A DNA stretch of 32,930 nucleotides from Raillietiella orientalis (taxonomy: Eukaryota): positions 248,001-280,930 of the forward strand of contig JAYWIR010000089.1 in NCBI GenBank assembly GCA_036172245.1, written 5' to 3'. Made by a program: the position numbers and the translations under genes. How positions within the stretch are numbered: the first letter of the stretch is position 1; every line of letters starts with the position of its first letter. Shown piece by piece: positions 1 through 12,889 of this stretch. The notes beneath the pieces were generated by a model that was not told the origin of the DNA, did not search any database, and saw nothing but the letters and a program-made list of their open reading frames with translations.

Positions 1-1420
1 TTTTTGCCTGATTTGCAGCTGCTGTTTTGCTTATATCTGATTGAGATTTCAAAATATGTCTCTCTCATTTGTAAAGTCGGAAGAGCTCACGCTGCTTGCC
101 AGGCAGGAACGTAACTCCAAGAGTGCAAGGCGTACGATGTTACAAGCGCCAAATTGAACAGACGCCGAGTTCTCTCGAATGTGGTTAACTCCCGTTTCTC
201 CGTAACAGATGGAAAGAGAATGTTTTCGGGGAGTTGTCTCACAATAAATCTTCCACACTAAGCAACTACACAATCAAAAATGTGGTTGGCATCTGGTGAA
301 ATCACGCATGTTTTGATTTTGGAATCTCCAATGGAAGTAAATCAACCATTTCGAGATGCCTGCATCTGTGGTTAGTTGCTTGCATTGCACGTGAAAATTG
401 CTAAGCCAACGAATCTGCATGACATCTGTTGTGAGGACATTCTGTTTTCGTGTTTGGGGAGAAGTTTTCTTGTGCATTCGAGACCCCAGACAATGCTTGG
501 AAAGAATGAGAAGGAAGATTTGCGTGATGAAACTTTTTTGGATGAGTTCAGCAATAATTTCCACCATCCCTTCTGCAGGTTTGATTGTAAGTCAACGCCC
601 AAAGAGTGCTCATCGGATTCGGCGGATTGGTGCACCAGCCGACAACTTCGAGTGGACAGTCTGAATACTCGCTGTCAAAGAAAGGCGAAGAATCGACAAC
701 ATCTCGAGTTTCGGAATATTCTGCCGGAGAGTAGCTGTTTACACTAGGTTGCCATCGAAATTGAAATGAACGAATGTACACTCTGAAAAACGGGAGGTGC
801 TGCGTGTGGAGTGAAAAGCCACACGGTTTTCGAAACGCTGTCCAGTGAGACCATTCTAGTTCTACTTACTGGTGTGGGCTTCGCTTCCAGACCAATTGGG
901 ATCCTTAGTTTCAGGTTGCATCCTTACTTGCTTTCCAATATCTCCTATTGTCTTTAATAGGATCCTCGATATGAAAACTATCAAGTAACATATGTTATGA
1001 AAACATTCTGTCCTACTTTGTCTTGCAAGTTCTCTTCTCAAGATACCTTTTGGGCACGCATGAACCAAGAAGATCGACGGGATCATTGTGCTTTTTCCAA
1101 TCATGTACTAAGTGACCTGCACTTTGCAAGACATTGTGGAATCATTTTTGTGTTGCAGTGAACGATTTGAATGGCTCCTAACAATCGTATCTTCCTTCTT
1201 GAAGAGCGACATCACTTTGAGCAACTTCCCGTGACTACTGCTGTCGTCTTGAGACCATTCGGATGTTTGCCAATGACCCTGGATGGAGTCATCTGTTGCT
1301 TTTTGTTCCATGTTCTTCTTTGGAGGACGAACCGTGCGGCGAGTTGTGGTAGACTAGCCAGATGCCATCTCTTCCGATATAGAGTGAGAGCAAATGGGAA
1401 TGTGAAAGCAGAAATACAGA
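1..1420 (+). mobile_element. Highly diverged ORF2 (RT-like) relic; inverted paralog of 14720-16150
   Basis: Clear nucleotide homology to the reverse complement of 14720-16150 (e.g. ATCGTATCTTCCTT[C/T]TTGAAGAGCGACAT). The frame reads LHVKIAKPTNLHDICCEDILF..RPQTMLGKNEKEDLRDETFLDEFSNN..IEMNE..CGVKSH. Spacing resembles LINE RT domains but catalytic motifs are not recognisable. Contains stops. Confidence 0.45.
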
Positions 1421-1849
1421 ATACTAAGGGAAAGGCACGACAGCGATCACAAGTACTTTGTTTTCAAATCGCCATAAACCAGGAATACATGCGGCAGACT
1501 TCCTTTATTGCACCCACTTTCTGATACGGTCACTTTGCAACACATTTTGCGCAGGTTGACACTACATGTCATGACCTCCCTAAGCAGAGCGGAGGCTTTC
1601 AGTAGCAGTAGGGACCCAACGTTGGCAAGGATGCAACCCACAGTTGCACTAACTTCACCCATAGGGAGGCCCCAGGGAGCGAACAGCCTGCTCGACATGT
1701 CTCACACGGCGCCATCCTAATGCAAAAGTGCAGTTGTCTCCTCCGAAGAACTTCTAGATGTTCCCTTCAATTCAAGAACAAATGCGAGGTCCAGATTTTA
1801 AAAATTCAACCCCTCCGGTAACTAAATGCCATCTCTCGTTCTACTGTGA

Positions 1850-2700
1850 TCCCCAGAGGTGGAAAAAGGAGTAATGCATGCTTACAGGGGAGCAGGAGCA
1901 GTGAACTGTGCACACAGCGGGAAGGGGCTTGTAGTTCTCCAGCAGCAACAGACTTTCATTCGCTTCATCGTAAAAGTTGTGAGAAAAAAAGCACGCGCAG
2001 TGGAAGCATTCAATAGTTTTGCGTCTTCCAGCCACCAAGTTGTTCCTGATTCACGCCACGGAACAAAACACTTCCTAGGAAACTGTACGCTTCTTATTCC
2101 TGTTGTTTCGAAGTCAGGGAGCGCCGCATCCTGACTTGTGTTAGCTGGCAAGGATGTCGAAAGGATGAAGGTCTTTTGGAATCGGTCCTCAGAATGCAGG
2201 ACAGCATTGAACTGCATTTTGATGCGAGGCATCGGGGTTCCTTATTCTGCAGGAGAATTGAAGAGTGGGCTTCCAGTTGTGTAGGGAATTGTTTACAGGG
2301 GAAGTTGAATTCCGCAGTTCCTTTTTCCGTGGTGAATACACCACAGGAAGAAGAACGATTCACTTTTGCCGATGCATCTTCGTAGAAAAATGCCTGCACT
2401 CGCGCAACTCCAGAAAGATAACAGCTTGTCACAAATGCGAACATTCGGGTCTGTTCATGCAGGCCGATTCTCTCCTACGTGATAATGCCTACGCCAGGGT
2501 TGCGAAGCCGAGATGCAAGTCTTTGGGGCGAATGCTGGGCCCGACAAGCTCTCCAAGAGTGTTAATGGGCTCGCACAGAACCTACTGCTTTGTTTCGAAG
2601 GGGAAAGTACCAACGAAACCCAAACGCGGCATCGCAAAACCACAAGATTGTTCAAAAAGACAAAAAGTGCCAAAAAGTGGATCTTGCTTGTAGCTACAAG
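1850..2700 (+). mobile_element. Very decayed ORF1 (gag-like) relic
   Basis: CHKCEHSG at ~2427-2450 followed by a second frameshifted knuckle-like stretch (CLRQG) and a Lys-rich tail. HAYRGAG weakly resembles the AYVxxG N-terminal motif of the other ORF1s. Confidence 0.3.
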
Positions 2701-3554
2701 CTAAGGGTGAGCGCGGCCTAATGAAGACATTGTCTGCGCTCTTCGTCAGTGTCGTGGGCGGACAAGGAATCCTCAACGTACTTGCAATGCCTCCTCATGG
2801 AGATGCTCACGCGGATCCATCCAGGCTAAATCCACCTCCCTCCTATTCCTTTTGACAGTAGAGTCCGTTCCTCCCATGAATCAAATGGGAAGAATGCTCA
2901 TAGCTGGCCGTCGTTGTAAACGTGGATGAAAAAAGGAGTGGGATTTCTGAAGAAGCGGCTACCCGTTGCGTTCCCGGGATGGAGAAAGCTTCTCTTATAC
3001 ATCACCTCTCATCATGGACGCTGTTGATCATCTTGCAGTACTCACCTTGGAGATTTTTTTTCGCTGTCCTTCAACTATTCCGGGAAGACCGCTTTTCTCA
3101 GGATCTGGGCAGCATTTGGAGGTCCACGGTGTTCAAAGCTTTCTAGAAATCCGTCATGCACGAACTAAGTTCTTGCCTACGAATGGAGTGAAATTCAGGT
3201 GTACTTTTTTAAATTTACGCAGCATGAATACAGGAGGGCTTGTACAGCAGCAGTTTTGTCGTAAAGCCACAGCTCTCCAAAAGCTATAATGAGGGTCCAC
3301 TACTTCACCGCAAGTATGAGCTTTCTTAGTTGGAGTTCTCTCTCTGTGCCCTCCAGCGAAAAACGTCCCTACCTACAGCAGACCAGTCTCTTAAACCGAC
3401 AATCCACCTCCCTATCCTTTACATGCCTATATTTGGGAATCCCTCGTTTCTTTACCTAATGAGAGGAAGTGTAGGGCATGCAAAAAGAAGTAGACCATGA
3501 AAGGGTTTCGCAAACCCCTTTTACCCTCTTGAAGAAGGTATACCCTGAATTCAG

Positions 3555-4560
3555 CAACGTCATTTGCTGTACAACGGCAGTCCGCTCTGCCGCGAGGCAC
3601 CGATAGAACTCCGCCGGCAAGCCGTCCTTCCCCGAAACTTCAAGTCTCTTGAGCTTTCGGCTGGCAGTGATGGTCTCGCCCATCGTCAACGACTCATCAA
3701 GATTTGCACTCAGGTCCTCACCAATGGTTGGAAGGCCAGCCGGTAGCATGAATGTCGCGCTGTTTCGTTCGAGAAACGCTCTGTCGGGAACAAGGAGAAA
3801 CAGAACATTTGCGCGATGCTGCTTACCTGAGAGGCAGCCTAGTGCTCTCGGCTCTGATGGTCCAGCAAGCTGGTCAACCCGTATTTCCAGGTTTGCCAAG
3901 CGGTTCCCTCTCTGCATGCTGAATGCTTCGCGTCTTCATGGATCATGGTGTAACTGCGGACGCACAGGTAGCTCAGCTCATTACGGACGCCGTATTCAAT
4001 CTCATCATGTAGTCGGTCCAAGAGGAACTCTTGGCACAAATCTCGCGCCTAGGGCTTGAAGCGACCTTATTCTTTGGCCGTTTCGAAGCACAGGTCCGGC
4101 GTATGCTTCGCCCCGTGTACCCCGTTGACTAGCTTTTGGACGTGGTCGGGAGCACTTGTCACTAGGCGAACATTGATGTTCATCAACCATCAACCATGGG
4201 ACCTCCAGCAATCAAAATAGTTGATATCAAAAACCTTAACAAAGACTACTACCCTAATCTCCTCGCCATTCGAACGATCAGCTGCGAAGGATTGTCGCCG
4301 ATCCTTTTGGCGCAAGAAGACCGTCTGAGCCACTGAGGCCATCAGCTGCGAAGATGGTTGGCTTGCTGGAGAACAATTCGTGGATCTTCTGGCTAACCTC
4401 GAAAAACATTTGCTGGCTTCAGCATTCAGTTTCTTCATGAGTTGACATCAACGGCTCGAGAGGTGGAGTTCGCCTACCTCCGACGAGAGACATACGATCG
4501 ACACCCCCTAGAAGAGATCGTGAACAACCGACGCTAGTTGCTGTGGGCTGTGGAACTCAT
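3555..4560 (-). mobile_element. Decayed L1/Tx1-type ORF2 fragment: APE C-terminus, linker, start of RT
   Basis: LDESLTMGETITASRKLKRLEVSGKDGLPAEFY (LINE pre-RT motif). Linker GRFKP*ARDLCQEFLLDRL matches DRFKRSVQEFCDQFSLHRL at ~27750-27800 and WDHLKRSVREFCNRFPLHLL at ~26175-26235. Confidence 0.75.
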
Positions 4561-4829
4561 TGTCTCAATGCTGCCCTCTCTGAGGAAGCCTAATGAAGGC
4601 AGCAAATGACCAGCTTGGGAAATTACCTTCCTCATCGTAGGCCAGAAGAAACTAATGAAGGCGTGTACAACTCCGAAGCTAGTGGACGCTGCTACCAAGA
4701 GTTTCCCGCCTTCACGGCTTCTTTGTACGAGCGAGCTGCTTTGAATAAACCCCTGGAGACGAAGTGCTTACCAGCGTGTTGGAACAATGGACCACTTCCC
4801 ATGAAGTGAGGACAGACGGTGTTGCTGTT

Positions 4830-5310
4830 CCTTTATTTAGTAATCCTATGCAGGGCACGCCTCCCGCTTTGGACAATATGGAGTGCGGATGCCCGTTGCG
4901 TACACTGCGGTGAAACGGAAGGCTTTCTCAATTCACTAAAACACTGCTTCGACTTCCCTTCACCCCGGAACGACTCTTCCTGATTCTCAAATTCTCTCAA
5001 GTTCTCAAACCTAAAGGCATTTGCCAAACCCTCTTCATGAGTGATTCACTTGGACGATGCATCACTTGGACCGCAGCGCATCTTTTTTGTTTTTTCACTT
5101 TTGTTTGGTTCTTCGTTCTTCTTCTCCGTTGGAGTGAATCTCTGCGGAGTGCACAATGGGTATTAGCGAGTGCTCTGCGCGTCGTGCAACTAATCTCCTT
5201 TACGAGCCGATCCCAAAATGCAATCTAGCACACTGGAAAAATGTTTTCGTGTTTATTGGAAAATGTTATTTCTATAAATTTAAGAATTATCCAGCAAATC
5301 CGAGTGCCTC
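4830..5310 (+). mobile_element. Decayed 3' end of a non-LTR element (C-terminal CCHC finger, T-rich 3'UTR, terminus)
   Basis: ARCVHCGETEGFLNSLKHC at ~4890-4946, T-rich tract at 5080-5125, and CCAGCAAATCCGAGTG (~5291-5306) resembling the CCGGAGAAATCCGGGTG terminus at 31885-31901. Confidence 0.5.
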
Positions 5311-5639
5311 ACTGAACCGAATACGAATGCTGTTGAGACTGCTCTTCATGCAAACTGACTAATCCCATTTGCCATGCCCTCTTTTCAGTCTCGGCTTTGT
5401 ATTCTGCCAGGTTGGAGACGTCCGGTCCCCTTGAGAAACGAGACGAGCGAATTCCGTTTTTATCCTACGCTCCCTTTCAAAAGATTTCAGACACTTTTCT
5501 GTTTTTTCTGAAGCTGAGCTCTAATTTTTTTTTGTAGACTTTCGATGTTGCGCAGTGATAAATGCTAAGATGCGAAATCTTTATAAAATAAACGCTACTT
5601 GTAAATTCACTCCGATACGCATCAGAGACATCTTGGTAG

Positions 5640-6900
5640 ATTTTCTTGTGGACCACCCTTTTGAACGTCTATTGGGATAATTATTTGACGGAATTGACCG
5701 AAAGGGTCTGCTAATTGAGGCAGCTGTGCAAGACGAACGTTCCTCATGCATTGGGCAGTTTCATCAGTTCTTGGTAGCCTTTCCTTATCTTTGCGAAAAG
5801 ATATTCACTGACTGTAAGCAGCGATAGAAGGAAAGCTTTGCTAATTTTACATCTAGGTCCTTCTTTAGTGCTCCTTCAGTACTTCTTTTGATGGATTCCC
5901 GGCCTGTGCCACTTGTCCAGGCTTGTGAATGTGCATCCAATATATGCCATCCAGTGAGTCTACAATCTGTAAGACAGTTTTCTTCTGGCAGACCTCTATC
6001 TGCTAGACATGAGTTGAACCCCTCGATTTCCGACAATTCTTCCATGCGTTTTTACTCCTCTCAAAGGAACTCTCACCCCCCTCACCCCTACCGTTATATA
6101 CTTTTGTCCCTTTGGGGCTCCTCTGCGGTAGCACCTCCAGAAGCACTCCAGTCGGTTGTTGGTTTGGCCTGTCCGATTTCGAAATGAAAGGTTCGTCTGC
6201 CATCTTCACACTGTTTCACGGGTGCAAACTTCAATTGCCTCCATTTTCTTGCAAAGGGAAGCCAGAAATCACGTCACATGCTGACCGCAGCAGAAATCAA
6301 CCTCATTTTGTTTTTCAAAACGAAAGTCTGATGACTTGTTTTCCTAAGAGTCACCTCCATCGGTTTTTGCCTGAAAAACTCTGCATGGAGCACAGACTTA
6401 TAGAGGAAGAAACGCCCGCTGTTCGCCGTTCTTCTGCGGCAAACCTTCTGATGCTTCTGCTGCAGAATGGGTGCTCCTGTGAGACTTGAATAAAAGAGCC
6501 AAGCCATAACATGGCCTGATGAATCGGCCACGAGGATTTAGCAGTTCACCCAACGTGACTCGAAAGTCCCATCTTCATAAAAGCATGGCTCAACATCAAA
6601 AGACATGACCACTTGACTGGAAGCAGCGAGTCCATGTGGTCTCAAAAGAGTAATTTTCAGCTTCTGAGATACAACGAAGTCGCTTCTTGGCACACTGTTC
6701 GCCGTCTGTAAAATACACAGGCAAACTTTACAAATGTGGAAATCTGATTCCGACGACTCACTTCTTGTAAAGGGCGACCTCCATGTGGCCATTCTTTTCC
6801 ACAAGGAGCCAGATTTCAAAACGTTTTGGAATCCAATTGAAAAATTTCCAAATCTCTGGATTACTGAATCTCTGAATCCTTGTTTTTTGTTTAGCATCCA
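5640..6900 (-). mobile_element. Very decayed APE plus linker fragment
   Basis: CLCILQT..HGLAASSQV..FYEDG..RW aligns by eye with DLVLLRD..CGIAKSCGV..FDDQG..RW of the 28152-28575 APE. GGDS at ~6350 (GDFN-like) and EELSEIEGFNSCLADRGLP (linker-like). Confidence 0.4.
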
Positions 6901-7029
6901 GTTCTAGAGGTGGTTTTTTGCACTTAAAACTTCTAATACGATCTTTTTCGTTTTCTCTGTCCCGATTTAAGGGTTATTCGCGAATCTCTTCCTTGTTTCT
7001 AGAAAGAGTCCTTTCGGTCTGCGAGTTCT

Positions 7030-7700
7030 TTTCCTCTTTTGGACTCTATCTGCAAAATGGCGCAGCAGCCCACCAAAGTACGAGCACACGCCAGCAAGAT
7101 AGAAAAAAAAAATATTGCTTCAACGGAAGGCGCGTTTTTGGAATTGCTGCAATCTGGAACAAACACTTTTGCAAAGATGCATCTCATCTGCAGAAGTGAC
7201 GCAGAGCAGCGACTGTGCATCCAAGTGGCTAAAGCACTTTGCGTAACTAGGATCGTTTTCGGACTGCTTGCACAGCCATAAGCAACCATAAAGCCAAAGT
7301 TTGCGCACCGTATCTCAGTTGACGACATCCCATCTTCCCAGAGTTTACCTGACGCATTGAACTCCGTGGCAAGGATGCACAGAAACCCCAGCGCAGTGAT
7401 GCTCCTGAAGACGCGCATGGTGAGAATTTTCCTGGTTTGTTCGTTTGCGATCGCGACCGTTCGAATCAGTTGCAACAGAAATGCGAGGATCGTGTGAGCG
7501 CTCACATAAGAGGCTGAAAGCAAACCCTGAATCTGCCTAAACCGGCTCCCCAAACTGTTTGCGTGAATGGCATTTTAAACCGGAGGCGTGCCCTGACACC
7601 GAGCTTGTTTCTGTGGTAACTCGTTCCCTTTGCTCTAATCAAATGCTCCAGGGCGACTTCTGCCGTGGAAGCGACCAAAAATCCATGAGTGATGGGTGGA
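7030..7700 (+). mobile_element. Very decayed ORF1 relic
   Basis: LLQSGTNTFAKMHLICRSDAEQRL and ISVDDIP resemble IMPAGRMEYTKIRCKNAALLQRL and VQLCDIE of the 29.6-kb ORF1. Knuckle-like PNCLREWHFKPEACP at ~7550-7595. Confidence 0.4.
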
Positions 7701-8149
7701 CTCCAAAGACAACATTCCATGCACAAGTAAGTTCTGCCCCGGTTCGTTGCGATGAAGAGCTCCAAGAGGTTCCTCTCGTCCAACGCTCATAATATTAGGC
7801 CTTTGCGGCGCGGGAGCAGAGAGGGAATAGTTCAAATGTGATCCACTGCTGAGGTCCCGCTCTCTAAAGCCAAATCTGCGATGGCCTCTCAAACTGATAT
7901 AAAGGCTGCAATAAGGACCACCAGATTGCGAGTCGATTCCGGACGTGTGCGCTCTCATCTCCGTGTTGTGAGGGTGCAACGCGAGCAAAGAGTGCGGACG
8001 TTGGCACGTGTGCAAGTGAAGGTTAACCTTTTCAAAAAAATACGACGGGTGATCGAGTGATCGGAAAAGAGACTAATTTTGGGGTTCCTATCATTTCTTG
8101 CACCATGAGCGTGATTACAAGTGACTAGTCATGCTAGGAATGAAACGTT

Positions 8150-8700
8150 TCAGAGTCTTCTGCTGGTAGTGGCTGCATTGCTCGGAGCAACCGTTACTTC
8201 TGAAATTGGTTTACAAGTTCGACCATCCCCTACTGACTTTAGATTTTATAATGCGACGGGAGGCTGCTCATTTTATTTTGCAACTGAAAAAGATGACAAC
8301 ACTGGAACGGAATGCATCCAGGTGTGGGGTTCAGATTTTCGAAATCCTCAAGCAAGAAACTGCACGTTGGATGTGACGGTAGAATAATATTATACCTTTT
8401 GATCCTTCACATGATTTTCGTTCAGACTGTGAGCGGCCACACTCATGAAGTGCCGATTAAAATTTTTGGAGAGAAATGTACCTGTACGTGCAAAATTCAA
8501 GGACGTTACGGGTAAGCCTCTTTTATTCATGAATTCAAGTAGCAGGGGTGCTTCGTGCGTGATGGTCGTGCGTGTCCGCTATTTGAGGGTGGGGAGGACA
8601 TGCGTTCGTGTAGGTCATGCGCCGCTGTTTTATGACGATTGCAAGAAGCAATTCGGCCAGCAAGCTGCGATCTCTTTTGTCTGCGGTAATCAGCACGGCA
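8150..8700 (+). mobile_element. Possible very decayed RT C-terminal/thumb fragment
   Basis: EIGLQVRPS resembles EAGLSVSST and RLKFLERNV resembles RFLLSERAF of the element at 22-23 kb, in the same order. Weak. Confidence 0.25.
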
Positions 8701-9604
8701 GGACAGAAATGCTGTTGCCAAAATTCCCTGGTTCTCACGAAGGGACCAAAAGCATTGCAAAGGCGAAACCTTTTACTTGTAGGTAATTTGCAGAACAGTG
8801 GCACTTCATTAAAAGAATTTTCGGAACAGTGCATCCGCAGAGTTTGAAAGAAATTACTCCCATATGAGACATTCGAATAGCACAGATAACAGATTGACGA
8901 TCGGATCAGAGATGAGGTAGCTTTCATAAAGATTACCGACATAAAAGTCTTTGTAGATAACGAAGAAGGCTAAATTACTGATCAGCGTTCGATCAGTGCC
9001 CAAGACAGTTTTCTTGGTTTTTGAAGAGTGTGTTTGTAGTTTTTCTGAAATCTATTTTCATTAACTTTTTACGTATCTATGTTTTTACATGTAAAATATT
9101 AAAGAATTTATAAAGGCTGAGAATAGTTCATACATTTGGGAACCCCTTCAAGTCATTCAATACCTCTCCTGAGAATTTAAAAACAAAATTTCAACAAATC
9201 GTTCAGAAACACAGAAGTCTTGCATACGTCAAAACCGACGTACCTAGGAGACGTTGAAACGAAACCCCGTCGTATGTCGAAGGCAAACTCAACAAATCCA
9301 ATACAAAAATCGACAGCACGACTGTGAACCAATGCGAACGTCGGATTCGACAGACGCATTGCATGTCGCTCATCTTCTTTTCCAGGACCTTACCATATGA
9401 AAAAGAGATTCGACAACCTACGCCTTTTCGTCTTGATTGCTCTTTTGATGGAGGCCGCCCGTGCTTGTTACTACTCGCGCACCACCTTCCAACAGCCGCA
9501 AGCAACCCAAAATAGCAGTGGAATATCCTCTTGCGTCTCCATGATATGAAATAAAGCATATATTGTGTGGATATCGGTTCTTGATTCAAAGCAGATGTAT
9601 GGAT

Positions 9605-10100
9605 TGATATCAGGTCAATCCGGAAAGTTTGTTTAAGAAGTTTCGTGTTTGTGTTTTGACTTTCGATCCTGCTACGTGACTTGCAACTGCGTGCAGAAAC
9701 CTTAAGCAAGCTAGCAATAGGCAAGCAAACTTCTCTGCGGATGCAGAGATGAAAGGGAGACAAAGGAAGAAATGCATACATGCCAAAAAACAGAAAAATA
9801 GGCAAGGGATCACCTTGTGATGCAGAGTATCCTCTGCAACCCGTTAAACGCGCTAAGTCTCCTTTTCAGGACTTCCAGATTGGGCAATTTTGACGGTACC
9901 GTCATGAGGAAAACAGCAGAATCGATGGCGCCTATTTCGTTCTAGGTTCCCCTAACTTTGCTGCAGATGGTCACGGTCCGGACATGGAAGCAGCAAATAG
10001 CTGCTAAGGATGCGGTCGGCACAAACGGACCTCACAGGGAAATGAGCTGCAAAACGGTTTTTGAGTTGCCGCAGGGGATTCCAAGGAGCTTCACTTTTGT
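9605..10100 (-). mobile_element. Decayed 3' end (ORF2 tail and 3'UTR) of a non-LTR element
   Basis: UTR begins GTGATCCCT plus a T-rich tract (~9813), as at ~27173 and ~32102. Ends AACAAACTTTCCGGATTGACCTGATA, a variant of the shared terminus. Confidence 0.5.
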
Positions 10101-11809
10101 AAAGCACATCGAAAGCGGCAATTGGGCAGCACGGTCCTCTACAAGGTGAAGGAGCGATACCTACTCTCCTCAGCTTGCAAGCACACGTGCGTCCAATGAT
10201 CCCGTGGGGTGTTTCAAAATAGGCCGCAGTGCAGCAGCATCAATGCCGACTCCTGTCACGCTAAAGGAAAAATTTAGAAATTCATGTGCACAGAGTCACT
10301 GCAGGTCTCTTACTGGAATTCTTAGTAGCACGCATTTACATGAAAGTTCACGATGTCGAGCATTTAAAGTCGCACAGTTGGTGTTCTGGATCGTGGTTTG
10401 GCTCTGGAGGCTCTTCTCCTTTTGAGGTTTCCACCTGGATGAGGTGTGATCCGAAACAAATTTCGGGATTCCATCTACTGTTTCCTAATGAAAATATGTG
10501 CAAACACTTCCAAAGTTTCTTTTTGTATCTGGTCAATTCTGTCGATGGAAATGTTTGGAAAGTAGTCTCCTTGTATAGATTATAAATATACAGAATTTAT
10601 GTGAAAGAAGAAGTCATTTCGGGATAAACAAATTGATATTTTTTTTAATTGGAAACACTTGGCGTTTTTGGCAAAGCCGTTCTCAAAGAGTAAGCCGTTT
10701 GTCCTGCCACAGAAGTGAATAGGCGATTCACACGTCTTCGCCTGCCACCGTGATTGCTTGCTGGGTGATCACCATCGAAAACAACACAGCTCTCAAGAAA
10801 AGCGTGGGGAGACAAAAGCTACGTGCGAGATTGCAAACTGTTCTCTGTGAGGTCGGCGACGTAAGGTTGAACGTAGGTCCAGCTGCCGACGCTATTGCAA
10901 ATGCGATCTGGCGCTCCTGAGACCTCTGAGAGCGAAGATGTTGAAGAGGTGAATATTAGCTTTAGGCAGATGACAGGAGTTGCTCCACTTCAGAAGAAAC
11001 TGATGATTTTCTCTGTTCATTGTCTCTCTTATAAGCTGACTGAAGCTGGGATTTGAACTAACTCGTTTTCCTGTGTAGACCAACCCGATGTTCTGGATAA
11101 TGCTCGAAAGCAGTGAGAAACCGTGTAAGACGGAAAAGGCAACAATCGTGGAAGTTTTCCTAAAAAAATTCCAAGGCTAGCTTTGTATTAGGATGACACT
11201 GTGTCCGATGCGTTGCGGCGTTTGCGTGCACCGTGGAGCCTTTCCAAGGAAGAACTCATGACAACTGTTGGTTGGACTCTTGCCATCGTTGGGAATCGAT
11301 AGTTGCTGAAAATTGCGAGAAGGCATGTGAGAAACATAAGAAAGGGTATCCACTTACATCAAGACTGTTGCAAAGCGATCTTGTCACGAAGAGGGTGCCA
11401 ATAAAGAACTCTACCACATTAATTGCTCATAGATGGAGGTTTGGAAAGAAAGACCCTATTGTTTCATTAAATTGTTTTCCATGTTTCCATTTTTACCGCT
11501 TCCAAGTTACCATTCATTCCGTAATTTTTCAATGCGTTTTTTTGGATTCAGTTGAATGCACAGTGATACCATGGGTACTAAACCCTTCTCACCCACTTTA
11601 TTTTTCTTGAGTTTTTTCGCTTCTTTGTTTGCAACCACTTGTTGTCAAGGGTTGCATGTTCCTTAGAAACCACTCCAATCATCTAACTGTCGGTTGAAAA
11701 CAACAGTTTTTAACTGGTTTATTTTAAACAGAGTTTCAGGCAAAAGGGGCTAAAAATTTCAACAACCGCCTATTATGTGGTGCGTTAGACAAATTAGCCA
11801 ATTATCAAC

Positions 11810-12150
11810 GAGATGTCCGCGGCCGTGCACCATATGAGCTGTTTGCAGATGAGTCCGGGAAAAGGGAAAGCTGGATAACGTTGTAATCCAGCACTTCCGT
11901 ACTAACGTAGGGCGACAAGGAAAGCAGCCCGCGCTCTCCTACGACACTTTTGTGAAAGATGAAATTCTTTCGCACAACAGGAACCCGTTCACATCCCTTC
12001 GTACACATTGCAATTTTAAATGAAATGTTTTAACATGCTTGGTGTTGGAGAATACTCACGCGTGCTCTCGCAAGGGTGCAGCGTGCAGTGGTTCAAGGAC
12101 TGGGAATATTTGAAGGTTTCGGTCCACAAGTACAGAGAACACTTTCCCAT
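11810..12150 (-). mobile_element. Very decayed RT core fragment
   Basis: ERGLLSLSPYVSTEVL..LSLFPDSS..SSYG parallels RRGISQGDSLSPLLFIIFFELVL..LSILPSS..AAYS of the 22130-23233 RT. Confidence 0.35.
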
Positions 12151-12344
12151 ACATCTCTCATGAGGATACGACGATGGTTATTTTGAAAGAAAGTGTCCAC
12201 TCACAGTCATGTCTTTTAACTCGGATATCCGATATCTGATGACCATGAAAGAAGAAAACCATGGCAATGCAGCTCTTCTGTTAGGAGACGTCGACCTGCC
12301 TGTTGAGCGACGTCATTCAAGAGCACTCGGACTAAGGATCGGCT

Positions 12345-12889
12345 TATTACCTGATTATTCGGAAAACTCATCATAAAGATAATGATAATAAGGTAATTGC
12401 AGTTTGGTGAAGCCACTTGAATCACCACATCACTTCAACCTGTCGATTACCAACCTGTAGACAAGCAAAGTTCATTTCTGCAGCAAAGTGGCAAGAAACA
12501 CCGCGAAGAAAAAGAAATACAAAGGAAAAATGAGACGAGAGAGATGCTTTTGGTGATAGTGGAGATACCAATGTTCAATTGCCACATGGATACGTCTTTA
12601 GAATCCTTTCCTGTATGCTCACAAGTTGTGGTCCTCTTTTTTTCTAGTAGGGCTGCCTCCATTAGGTTTTCAGGAGGATCCGTGGCTATTGGATGGCATT
12701 TGACCCATTCGATTTCTTCTTGGAACGCTCTATTCCTGTTATATTTTGGAAAAGAAGTAAGGAAGAACAAGCGACGCAATTACTAGAAGACGGAAACGAG
12801 CGTACAGGCGCTCGAAAATGTCCCTAGAGATGCCTTCTGGAATATCTAGCCTCATTGACAGACGATCCTAGATGGTACGCAGGGTCTTC
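12345..12889 (-). mobile_element. Distal part of an old element: ORF2 tail and 3'UTR (split by the HUWE1 fragment)
   Basis: KTLRTI*DRL continues the finger ..HLLNC ending at 14279 (compare HLVLDCGDLRELWRRL). T-rich UTR at 12480-12545. Terminus ATGATGAGTTTTCCGAATAATCAGGTAATAA resembles ATGATAAACGTTCCGGCGCAATCTGATAATAA at ~20855-20885. Confidence 0.55.

Noticed and set aside
3498..3522. Hairpin AAAGGGTTT-CGC-AAACCCCTTTT resembling an intrinsic terminator
   Set aside because: Eukaryotic repeat context, no upstream gene, single occurrence.
7595..7745. CFCGN (WSC-like motif)
   Set aside because: The frame has multiple stops, wrong Cys spacing, and overlaps ORF1 knuckle relics.
8121..8520. Apparent secreted-protein gene (hydrophobic LLLVVAALLGA, short GT..AG intron)
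   Set aside because: No in-frame ATG, downstream stops, and the peptides fit a decayed RT C-terminal region at least as well.
10960..11250. SVHCLSYKL resembling the hAT transposase CxxH motif
   Set aside because: The key His is absent, and there is no DDE context or terminal inverted repeat. It could equally be a decayed APE start, so it was left uncalled.
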